64,000 bases of DNA from Takakia lepidozioides (lineage: Eukaryota > Plantae > Bryophyta): the NCBI GenBank assembly GCA_030704615.1, contig CM060732.1:69192001-69256000 (forward strand). Direction: 5' to 3'. Under the pieces are notes generated by a model. That model had not been told where the DNA came from and ran no database searches. It saw nothing but the letters and a program-made list of their open reading frames with translations. The translations under genes and the position numbers were made by a program. Below, in pieces: positions 25,620 through 36,900 of the stretch. The stretch's first letter is position 1, and every line of letters begins with the position of its first letter.

Positions 25620-26590
25620 GAAGGCATTTGTCTTCTGGACTTGTTTGGCGGGATCAGCACCGGATTGGCTGCTGTGTTACAGGCAGGTGTACGAGTTCGG
25701 CGTTACCTGTATGTGGAGAGGGATGAGACTGCACGACGCGTTTCACTTCGCCATGTTGCTCAGTTGGTGCAGCGGTACCCTGAGTTGTTGTCGGTGTCTG
25801 CAATTCGTGGATATCAGCAGGCCTTGCCAGCAGACATTTCGTTGCTGGGGGCGCAGGATTTGGAGCGGGTTGGCTCCATTGATCTGGTAGTGGCAGGTTG
25901 GGCCCTGCCAAGGGCATTCATCAGCCGGGCATGGCAATGGATTGCGAGACTCGAGGTCGGGTCTGTTTTGGGAGATGGTGCGGGTTTTGCGCCACTTGCA
26001 GCTTCATCAAGCTGTATCTCCAGCATACATCTTGGAGAATGTGCCACTGATGGGCGATTCTCGGGCCAGGGTGATGGCCAGTGTGCATCAAGTCCGGTCG
26101 TGGCTTGGGTCAGCAGTGTTGCTAGATGCAGCTACAGTGGGGTCACGGGCTCATCGTCCACGGCTATGGTGGACTAACATGATGCCACCCGCACTGCTCA
26201 AGCGTGCATTTGATGGGGTGCAGCGGCCAGCACATCTCACAGTGGATAACATTCTGGACACAGGGAGGCAGTCTCACGTGTGAGACACGATGACCGTTCG
26301 CCTTTGGCAGTGGTCAACAAGGTGGGTCAACCACGAGCAGCATTACCTACACTGCTCAGCTTCCCAGGATCGCATGCTTTCCGGGATAGTGGACCTGGCC
26401 TCCTGTGGGATGCTCAGTTGCAGCAGTTAGTGGAGCCTAATGCTGACGAGCGTGAGCGGGCAATGGGTTTTACCACTGGTACCACGGCGGTGTCGTCTCT
26501 TTCTGAGGCATCACGTCGTCAAGTGTTGGGGCAAGCAATGGATCTCAATTGCTTGACCTGGATTATCAGCTTGGCTCTAGCTGAGCAACG
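25620..26590 (+). CDS. C5-cytosine DNA methyltransferase domain (DNMT3-type) within the retrotransposon polyprotein
   Basis: Motif I LDLFGGIST; II YVERD; III ADI; IV DLVVAGW-PCQG (one extra G at 25902); VI ILENV; VIII AHRPRLWWTN; IX ERERAMGF; X RRQVLGQAMD. Confidence 0.9.
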
Positions 26591-27030
26591 CAGAGTGCGG
26601 AATACACTTCCCTCAATGGTCTCTCTGCCTACCGAGACGGTACAGGCAGTGAGTGGGGGCGAGCATATGAGGACCACGGGGTGCATGCATCCATGGCACA
26701 CGTGGGAGGTGCTCGAGGTTCAGAGGGAGTTGGCAGCCAAGGCGGCTGTGATGGATGAGGTTGGGGATTCTTCTCGGTTGAGGAGGTCCTCAAGGATGAG
26801 ATGATGGGGCAGGATGAGGCCTTGTCATTGACTGAGCAGGTAGGGAGTACTGCTCAAGAGGTTGCAGCATAGCAACCACGGGACGCGTCCTCTACCTCTA
26901 AGCCCACTGGACTTAAGGTTGTAGTTACGGAGGACAATTGGGAGCCTGACATTGGACCCATTGTCACCGGAGAGAGAGACGACGTATACGGCGGTTCCTG
27001 AGGGCTTACAGGAATTGCTTTGCCTTCAGT

Positions 27031-28380
27031 TTGAAGGACTTGGGAGCACTGAAGGGTCAAGAGATCCGTATTGAGTTGGCCACTGACACGCCAATCTTTC
27101 GGAGACCCTATAGATACAGTGACATGGAGAGGTCTTTGATTCAGATGAGGACTCAAGATCTCTGGGAGGCAGGTTTGGTGGAGCTCTCTGGTGGAGAGTA
27201 TGCTTCAGCCACAGTGATGCCAGCCAAGAAGGATGTCTATGGCAATTGGACGGAGAGACGTATGTGCGGTGATTACCGGCCTGTAAATCGTCAGACCAAG
27301 TCCGATAAGTATGCCATGCCAACACCAGAGGAGATCTTTGATGCCATCGGGCATGCTAAGGCCTTTAGCACTTTGGATTTACGATCCGGATATCACCAGT
27401 TGCCAATCAAGGAGGCGGACAAGCAGAAGACGGCATTCTGGGGGATCAATGAGCACGGCAAGGATTGCCTATATCAGTGGCGGTTCTTACCATTTGGGCT
27501 TAAGAATGCTCCTGCAGAGTTTCAGAGAGTCATGGATAGGATTCTAGCAGGGGTGGACTTTGCTCGGTGCTACATAGATGACATCATCATCTTTAGTGTT
27601 ACGATGGAGGAGCATGAGAGACACCTTCAGGTGGTATTGGAGCGCTTGAGAGCGCACGGATTGAAGTTGCATCCGGGGAAGTGCAAGTTTTTCCACAACC
27701 AGATTGAGTATCTGGGTCACATGATATATCCTGGAGGATTGGGGGTACAGCAGACTAAGGTAGAGGCCATTGCACAAATTCCACGCCCCACGGATGTGAG
27801 CCGAGTTCGAGCTTTCATGGGGTTGGCAAACTATTATAGACGGTTTGTCAAGGGATTTAGTACCATTGCAAAGGCTCTAACCAAGCTGACCAAGGTGGAC
27901 AGGAGTGGCAGTGGGAAGATGAGCAGGAACGAGCTTTTCAAGAGCTCAAGGCGAGGTTGACCTCGGCGCCTATCTTGAGACGACCTATCAGGGGGCGTCC
28001 CTTTCAGCTGCATACGGATTGGAGCATGCTGGGGCTTGGAGCGGTGCTCACACAGGTGGATGATGAGGGAAGAGAGTTCGTAGTGGCTTACGCTAGCCGC
28101 TCGAACAACGCTGCAGAGGCTAAGTACAGCTCATATGAGGGAGAGTGCTTAGCTGCAGTGTGGGCCGTGGCACACTTCAGGTGCTATCTATACGGCAATC
28201 TTTTCACCCTTGTCACGGATCACCAGCCACTCAAGTGGTTGATGGAGTCAGACAAGCTTACGGGGAAGCTTGCACGGTGGGCACTTATACTCCAGGAGTA
28301 TGACTTTCAGGTTGTGCATCGACCGGGTTTGGTCAATCGGGATGCGGATGGATTGAGTCGCAATCCATGCATGAGCCAGC
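27031..28380 (+). CDS. pol: Reverse transcriptase and RNase H
   Basis: RMCGDYRPVN, LDLRSGYHQ, PFGLKNAPAEFQ, YIDDII; RNase H LHTDWS, YEGECLA, TDHQPL, ADGLSR. Confidence 0.95.
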
Positions 28381-28599
28381 AGGATGACACTGGAGCTCGT
28401 GGCATGGTGAGACGGACGAGGAGATGGTGCCGGGATGGCACGCATCTGCATTTTTGTGTATCTTGGCATCGGGAGGTCAGATTGGACCTACAACAGGGAT
28501 GACTGTAGACGGAGTGTCTGAGGACCCTGAGGCTAGTGATGAGCTAGGTGGTGCCAGAGATATACATGAGGATTCGGCTGTGTTGGACTACCTCCGCAC

Positions 28600-30002
28600 G
28601 GGAGACACGGCAGCCATTGTGACTGCCAGGGAGAGGGATCGGATCCTGCAACGAGCCAAGAGGTTCAAGTGGGAGGGGATACACCTACTTCGAGTGTGGG
28701 AGGATGGTCGGGTGAGGATTGTGCCTCACCCCACACAGCGTGCACGGTTAGTGCGGCATGCCCATGAGGAGTTGGGGCATTTTGGAGTGCGACGCACTCA
28801 CAGTTTACTGCAGGGGCAGTATTGGTGGCGTGGTATGCATACAGAGGTGCAACAGTTGTGGCTAGGTGCATGGTGTGTGACAGGGTGCGTGCTTCATTCA
28901 ACGCCCCTACACCACAGTTGCATCCTTTACCTATCATGGGATTGGGCTACAGGTGGAGTCTTGACTTCGCAGGACCGTTGCCACTGACTATGCGCCACCA
29001 CAGATATGTGTTGGTGATGGTGGAGCACTTCTCCAAGTGGATTGAGTTGGTTCCATTGCCTGACAAGGCTAGTGAGGGGGCTGCGTATGCATTCTTGGAT
29101 CGTGTGCTTAGCCGATTTGGTGCTCCAGCTGAGGTACTCACGGACCAAGGGAGAGAGTTCTTGGGGGAGTTTCAGGCTTTGTGTGATAAAGCCTTGATAG
29201 ACCACCGCACCACTTCTCGGGATCATCCTGAGGCCGATGGCTTAGCAGAGAGAGTTGTTCAGACGGTGAAGAGGGGTTTGCGCAAGTATGGCTTGCAGAA
29301 GGGACACCTAGGAGATTGGGATCTTCAGGTTCCTTGGTTAGCCATGGGCTACAGGTTCAGCAAACAAGCATCACTTGCCTCCTTCTCACCATATTTCCTT
29401 CTCTTTGGCCGAGAGCCGGATTTGCCTGCAGCCATTCGTAGGGACACTGCTCAAGTCCTTAACCTTGACGATCCGGACGTGTGGGTACGTGCATGTGATC
29501 AGCGTGCAGAGTTGTTCAAGAAAGTCATGCCCATGGCTTTGAGAACCTTGCCATTGCACAGCACCGTGATACGTTGAGGTATGCCACTATACGTGGTGGA
29601 GGATATCGTCCTGGGGTTCGGAGGTTTAGCCCTGGTGACTATGTTTATTTGCAGCAGACTGCTCCTACGACTCTGGATGTTACTGCAGGGCGTGTTATTC
29701 TGAGGGTTCGAGAGGTGTTGCCCTCAGGGGTCCTGATCTTGGAGGGTCGGGATGGCATGACTTGGAAGGACCATGTGCGTAATTGTGCGCCATGTCACCT
29801 TCCCAATGTCGATGGCAGAGTTGACCCAAACTTGGCAGTGGTACCTGCAGGTTTGAGGTGCATGCTCTGTGGGTCTGCCAAAGGGGCAGCCACCATGCTG
29901 GTGTGTGATCGATGCTCAAGGGGTTGGCATATGGGATGCTTGACACCACCTCTTGAGAAGGTTCCTGACGGAGATTGGTTGTGTCCACACTGCTTGGGAT
30001 AG
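28600..30002 (+). CDS. DDE integrase with C-terminal PHD finger
   Basis: HHCC (AHEELGH..CMVC), WSLDFAGP, LTDQGREF, GLAERVVQ; C-terminal C4HC3 CMLC..MLVCDRCSRGWHMGCLTPPLEKVPDGDWLCPHC. Confidence 0.92.
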
Positions 30003-30249
30003 TGGCAGTGGACATGACTGGAGGCAGCTAACAAGACATGGGAGGCCAAGCTCATAGGAGTCAATACATGAGATCCCAAGCTCAAGTTCACAGGTTGCAA
30101 GACGGCGACTAACGATGGGGCAACTCTTGCACCCGGCCTCTTGATCTATCGAGTTTGAGTGTAGTAGGGATAGTGGTGGAGGACTTAGTGAGGCTATGGT
30201 CACTATCACATCTTGTGGCTACCTGGACTTAGAGGGACCTAAGCACCAG

Positions 30250-30262
30250 CTAGGGGGGCGAT
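30250..30262 (+). other. Polypurine tract
   Basis: TAGGGGGGCGAT immediately before the TG that starts segment B. Confidence 0.65.
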
Positions 30263-30778
30263 TGTGTGGACTAGTGACTGCCATAGTGGGCAGCGTAGTG
30301 GCAGCCTAGTGACTGACTAGTTGTAGCCTAGTGGTTGGACTAGTGGCTGGACTAGTGGTAGACTAGTGGTATACTAGTGTGTGGTGTGCACATGTGTTGT
30401 GTGGTTTTGGACAGCGATGTAGTTGTGTAGCGATATGTATGCGCACGACAGCTGTCAAGTTATTTTACCACTAGTGTGAAACTAGCTAGGAAATAGCTAG
30501 CTTTTACATATTGACATTTGGGATTGGCCCAAGTGTCAATCCAGGGGTCAAGGCAGATTTAGGCCTGGAGTGGTTATCTTCACGGCAAGCGCGGGAGGCT
30601 CATCTTTCTCGAGTTGAGCCTCACCGCGCCTAGCTATGGCGCCGTAGTGTGGATTCCCCATGGCGTGGGGTGCACTTGGCTTGACTTGTATTTGAGTGAT
30701 GAGGTTATATATGCATGAGTTTATGCTTCAGCTTTGTGAGCTCGCATGAGCTTGTGCTTGTATTCTTCTTCTTTATCA
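30263..30778 (+). repeat. Complete 3' LTR (B 30263-30450 + GC + A 30453-30778), 516 bp
   Basis: Starts TG right after the PPT and ends ..TTATCA, the same end that precedes the PBS at the 5' side. Confidence 0.85.
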
Positions 30779-30779
30779 T

Positions 30780-30965
30780 TGTGTGGACTAGTGACTGCCA
30801 TAGTGGGCAGCGTAGTGGCAGCCTAGTGACTGACTAGTTGTAGCCTAGTGGTTGGACTAGTGGCTGGACTAGTGGTAGACTAGTGATATACTAGTGTGTG
30901 GTGCACATGTGTTGTGTGGTTTTGGACAGCGATGTAGTTGTGTAGCGATATGTATGCGCACGACA
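30780..30965 (+). repeat. Second copy of LTR segment B at the extreme 3' end
   Basis: Near-identical to 30263-30450 (a 2-bp indel and one substitution seen); followed directly by TSD AGAG. Confidence 0.93.
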
Positions 30966-33900
30966 AGAGAGTTGAACTGAAATGCCATTACTTCATCCCA
31001 TTGTGGAGTCCCAACAGCATATCCAAAGCACCCTGCATGCACCTTCCGAATCCAACCAAGGAGCTGTATGCAAGTATGCAGTTCCCTCTGGGAGTTCAAG
31101 TGGGTGTAGGCGCTTTTCCTTAGGTCGATGATAATGACGCTCCAGTGGCACCTTCAATGTAAAAATGAACATGCCCGACAATTTCATTAGTCCCAAGCCC
31201 AACAGACTCTGCAGACCAATAGACCAACATACTCGGCTGTCCACATGGCCAAATGCCTAGCAGACAAAGTACTCGAACAGATGCAACGGACTAGCAGTCT
31301 AGCAGACCAACAGTCCAAGAGTGCAGGAGTCCAACAGACCATCACGTCCAATTCACACGAGAGTCGAACAGACCATGACAGGGCCTGCACACACAGAAGA
31401 CTGGGCATTTAGCAGACTCCAAAATGTGCAACCAGTCCGTCGGGTCTTACCCTTGCAAGACCGGCACCAACATATGAGTGCAGTCTTTAATGTCTTTGTC
31501 AAGTCGCGCAGGAGTCAAGGCACCATCAAGGTTTGCCACCAAAGTTTCGCGTGGGGCTGTGTCGAAAGTCTGGAAAACAGACCACGTTGACGTTGGCAAA
31601 AGAGCGACAGTGCCATACGTCCTCGAGTCTAGGGTGTTCTCGAAAAAACGACACCAGACATCCAAAAATTTGTTCGAGCACTCCGACTCAACCACGTTCA
31701 GTGCTTTCATGTCTTCCGGCGCAATGCCACATCGGAACCGCGAGTCTCCTTCGAAAAAATACACCATGCTATTCCCAGCGGCTATATGTATGGACATCAA
31801 TCGCCAAAATCGACTTTCAATCCTGCACATACAGTCAGACCCCACCAAGACACCACTCATTTCATAAAGTCCAAAAACATCAGTCTGCTGCACAGTCTTA
31901 GCAGACCGATGAGGGGACCTGAATTACCAGAAAGTCCAAAAACCGAAGTCAAGACAGACTCTTAGCAGACCAACTCTTAGCAGACCGACCAACAGACCCG
32001 ACAATCGGACAGTGGATAGTGGACATTCGGACAATGGACTGCATTGTCACAGCAGACCAAACAATAGACCTGACATTCGACAAAGTCGACAAACACAACT
32101 GTGGGGCACAATCATAGCAGACCGAGTAGAGGCCTCACAAGACTACAGACAAGACGCCAGTAGACTGCCAGAAGATACATACCTGCAAAGGCAACTTTAA
32201 GATAACACGACCAAGCAGCAGACACATATGACTTACTTCTTCGACGCAAGTAACTCTGCCACATCCTTGTCCATGTCCAAACACAATCAGCGGTCCTTGT
32301 TCATAAACACATCAGACTTGCCTTTCCTAGCTGGTCTCTTTTGAACATGACCCTCTCCAGTCTCCTTGACCGCCTCAATGACTGGACGTTTTTGGGCTTT
32401 TCCTCTTTTTGCTCGAACGGAGGTGCTCTCTACCGCAATGCCTGGGACGACTAGCCCAGACTGCCGCAATATTGCAGTTCTGCTGCGCAACAGAAGAATG
32501 TAAGTCGGTTTGTTGACACTTGCCGGTCCAATCCTTGCAGCCTCATGAATGGCATGCGTTGAACTAACACGAGAATCGGGCGGTGTGAGCAGACCGCCTG
32601 TCTTTGTCGTTGACCCAACATTAGCAGGAGCATGAGCAGACGGAGACGGCAAAGACAAAGTCTAGTTGCGGACGTCCTCAACTATCGCCTCATGGAAACT
32701 CTCATGGGCGGGCTGTACAACAGTCTGCTGGAAGGACTGTTGAGTAGCCGCATTGGATGGGTCAACTGCAATCTCCCCAATAGTCTGTTGGACATACTTT
32801 GAAGAAGTCTCCTTGGAAAACTCAAGTGCAGTCATCTGTTCAATCTGCTGGGGAGGGTCTGCTGTAGTCTGCTGGGAAGTGTTTGCTGCAGTCTGTTGGG
32901 GGTGTGTCTGCTGAAGTTACCCGGACAGAGTCATGTGCAGTCTGGTGGGCAGGGCCTGCTTCTGCAGTCACCTGGGCAGACTCATGCGCAGTCTGGTGGG
33001 ACGGGTATGCTGCTGCTGTCACCTTGGCAGACTCATGCGCAGTCTGGTGGGCAGGGTCCGCTGCTACAGTCCCCTGGGCAGACTGGTGGGTAGAGTCTGT
33101 TGCAGTCTTCTGGGCAGACTCTCTCAGCTGGGCAGTCACCTCGGCGGTGTCTTGTGTTGTCTGCTGACCAGAGTCTTGTGAACTCGTCTGAGAAGACTTG
33201 TGTGTAGTCTCTTGGGCAGAGTATTGTACCAGCAGACTATCAATTTTACCATCAAGTAAGCCTGCTGATAGAACAGACTCGGGGTTGAAAGTGGTGGGAA
33301 GGGTGCAATCAGAGACATGTAGAGCCGGGTTTGCTGGACTTCCCTCATTGGATTCTGCTTATCGGTCTATGATGCGGTTTACTGGTCTACAGGTCGGTTC
33401 GCTCACTTCAAATTCATCGATGACTCTCGCCAATGAACGAACAAAGACAGGGCTAAGCTCAAAAGTCATACGGGATGATGGATACTGAGGATTTACCAAG
33501 GTCATAGTTACATCGTATGGGCCAAAGTGTGTGGGAGAACTTATCCGGCGGGGGAAAGTCGATTCTGGCACCATTGACAAAGGGTTGGCAGACATTAAAA
33601 AGCTGGGTTTGGCAGATGATGTCCGTTTAAATTGGGTCAAATCAGACATCCACTGTTGGTCAGACCGTTGAATGTGCCATTGTCCCGTTATAACAGACTC
33701 AGTAACAAATGTTGTGGGCAAGTCATGGATGACAGTCTGTGGAGGACAGTTTGTGGAGGGTACTGTTTGGCAGACTCCACTGAGGTCTGCTGTGAGGTCT
33801 TTTGGGTCTTCTGGCCATGCTGGTTTGCAATGGGAGTGTCCTTTTCAGTGTCATCCTGAGTCTTCTGTTCAGTCTGTTTACGAGTCTCCTGGTCACACGC

Positions 33901-36900
33901 GTCTTGAGACTCCACGGTAATCTGCTGATTTCCCAAGGCAGTCTCCTCCATGACATGTCTTGTCTGCTCAATTTCCATGCCAGTCTGCTGAGACTCCAAA
34001 CTAGTCTGCTGAGACTGCATACCAGTCCGCTGAAAATCCCCGGCAGTCTCCTGAGACCTCCCCCCAGCCTGCTGGACCTGGCCAGCCTTACGGACAGTCC
34101 CCTGGTTTTCATGACCCTGCACAGCCAGGACAACCTCTCTGGCAGCCCTGGCAAGGGAGTCGAAAGCACTCAGCAAGCGATTTCCAGGTCCCGATGTCCG
34201 CCCTGCATGCAACACAAAAAACGATATAAACACATGCGGTGGAGGATCGGCGGGGGGGAAGCAGTGAATGAGACAGAGGAGCACGCAAGTACCTTCCAGC
34301 AGATTTCCAACGAGTCCGATGTCCTTAATTTGGCGGTCCAGTAGTGCGGAATCAAGGTGGGCAAGCGCGGAACTGCGGTCGTGATGCGGCGTTCCAGACC
34401 ACAATACTCTGAACACGTCTGGTTTGAGCAAGACAATGTCAAACACAACACGCTCCATTACATACAAGAACCACAACATAGCCTCATCTACAACAGACTC
34501 TTGTGCTTGTGATCCATCTGTAACAGACTCTCTTGCCTGTGATCCATGTAGGAAGTCTTGCCGAAGAGTGGGCAAGTCCTTCAGCAACTTCTTGTATGAT
34601 GTGAAATTTCCAAATTGCATCCACCGATGCTGCAGGAACGATGATGCCATCCGGTCAAAGTGGACCGCACTCACTGCGGACAAGTGCTTCTTGTAGACAC
34701 CGAACATTGGGTGTGCCATAGCCATATGCCGCACCTCCTCCGGGCGAGGGTCATCCATAAGGAGGAGCTGAAAAAGGAGTGGCGGTTCATTTCCTTCACT
34801 CAAAGAAGAAACAGCAACTTTCCCTGCTTGCTCCAGAACATGGTTGGCTTCTTCCGTAGTATACTCCATGGAATAGAGATAAGGGACAAAAGGCCACCTC
34901 CGGCCCGTTACAATGTGGTGCAGGTCACTGTACCAGTCCACATGGGCACTTGTGTCACCAATCTTGAAGCGGGGAAGTTTAGGATCCTCTGCGTTCTTCG
35001 GCGCCACCGGTAACGGCGATCTCCACACCCCAAAAATGCCCACAGTGGAGGGGAAATGGGCATAGACTTCACCCTGTCCAATTGGCCCAGTCTCAGGTAT
35101 GAGGTCTGCTGAGGCGTGCTTCGATCTGCCCAGGTGCGAGGAGTTCTGTTCATGATTGCTGGCGTGTGCTTCACTGTGGTTTGGTGTGATGAGGTCTGCT
35201 AGGGTCTCTTGAGGTATGTTGTGGTCTGCTGTGGTCTCCTGAGGAGTGATGAAGTCAGCGGTCTGCTGGAGGGGACCTGCCAACTCCGTGTCAAGTTTGT
35301 TTATGGCGGCTGCTGATCCGGGCTATTTCATCATGTACTCGCGAACCCGCTGCACTTCAAGCCGCACCTCACGCACTTGCAAAGGAGGTTCCTGACGTGG
35401 CGTCCGCCAAGTTGATATGACTTTGCGAATAGACTGAGCTGTGTGCTATGCAGCAAAAGGAAAATGAGCTTCATCGAACAGACCGGATCCATTCGACTGA
35501 GTGAATTTAATAACACTCAGTAGATAATCAATAGACCATCAGCAGCCCACAATACTCAGCAGACCATGATATTTAGCAGACACTCATACCTTAGCAGACA
35601 ATCTGGACTTCAGCAGATAAAAACATTCAGAAGACCTAATTATGGACGTATGCAGTCTGCTGAAGTCTTCCACAGATGAGCAGACTACGCGACAACACAA
35701 GAAATAGGTCTGTCGGCTTCACCACAAGTCGGTTCATACGGGAGCTGGCTGCAGTGCAGCAAAACACACATGATCCATTGGGCATTCGGAGCTCTAAGAT
35801 CTCTCAGCAGACCACAACACTCAGTAGACCATGGCAATGAGCAGACGACTGCCTTTAGCAGACTCCAGAGACTGGGGCAGAATAACTAAGAGACCGAACT
35901 ATGGACGTGCATAGTCTGCTGAAGTTTAGCAGACTGATCGATAGTAGTATAAAAAAAATGCAGAAAATTGCAGGAATGGTTTGATAGCATTACCTCGTCA
36001 AGTATGTTGCCCGCATCGCCATCATGCATGGCATTCAACCACTTTTCTTTGGCTTCCCGAATACTTGATGTTATCCGTCATGTCTGCACATATCTGAAGA
36101 AAAAGGGGAAGAACTGCGGATCGTCTTGGGGTGGGCAGACCGGTGGGAGAACGCCAAACCAAAGTAGGTGCAATGTTCCCGGGCAGGCTGGACCAGCAGA
36201 CTTGTGGGTGGTCTTTTCAGGTCCCATATTCGGTCTGCCGCAGACCAGGTGCCTCTGGGGTGTGGGCAAGAGAGGTGTTGTCGTCGAGGCTGTCTATGAG
36301 CATGTCCAAGTTTGTCCTCACAGATAAGGCAATATCCATTGCACTGGACAGTGGACCTTGCCCTTCGAAGTCATTATTTCGGATGATGTCGGTACGCTCG
36401 GCAGACCGGCCGGGCAGAACATCGGCAGACTCAGACTCACTGGAGGAACTGATAGGTATAGTCTGCCGGGACTTTCTGGTCTGGCGCGCATCGAGCGGAT
36501 TCCCATGTAGGCCCGCAATGCTTGCATCCCAAGCAGAACTTGCCTTACGTGCTTCGGACGGACCCCCCTGCAGGACTGACAGATTTGCATCGCGAGCAAA
36601 CCTTGCCGCTTTCGCTCCCGCTTTTTTTTTTGCCCCATCACTGAATTTTCACTTGCGGGGAGGCACAGGCACTTCCTCCAGTCTGCACAGTTGCATCCTT
36701 GCAGCAGCCCGCCAGTACCGTTGGCGCAATTCCTCTGTACTTCGCGGAATTGGGTTTGCGCCGCGACTATTGAAAACAGCCTCATCTTTAGCTTTGTGCG
36801 ATACCGGTATGGGCCATGACTTGAAATTTGGTGGAATGGTGCCCTTGCAACCTATGTCCACACAATGGCGGTTCAACTGGATTTTATCCTTTATGGCTTC

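Larger units (their letters stand above)
19599..30965 (+). mobile_element. Ty3/Gypsy LTR retrotransposon encoding DNMT3-like methyltransferase and PHD finger, with permuted LTR arrangement A-internal-B.A-B
   Basis: Ends TGTC...GACA. 4-bp TSD AGAG (19595-19598, 30966-30969). Domain order gag-PR-DNMT-RT-RH-INT-PHD. Confidence 0.92.

Noticed and set aside
25620-26590. Bacterial restriction-modification methylase or contamination
   Set aside because: Motifs are DNMT3-like, the domain is collinear with gag-pol, and the context is spliced plant genes.
19599-30965. DIRS/Ngaro tyrosine-recombinase element, suggested by the split repeats
   Set aside because: No recombinase motifs seen; it has a DDE integrase, aspartic protease, PPT and a TSD.
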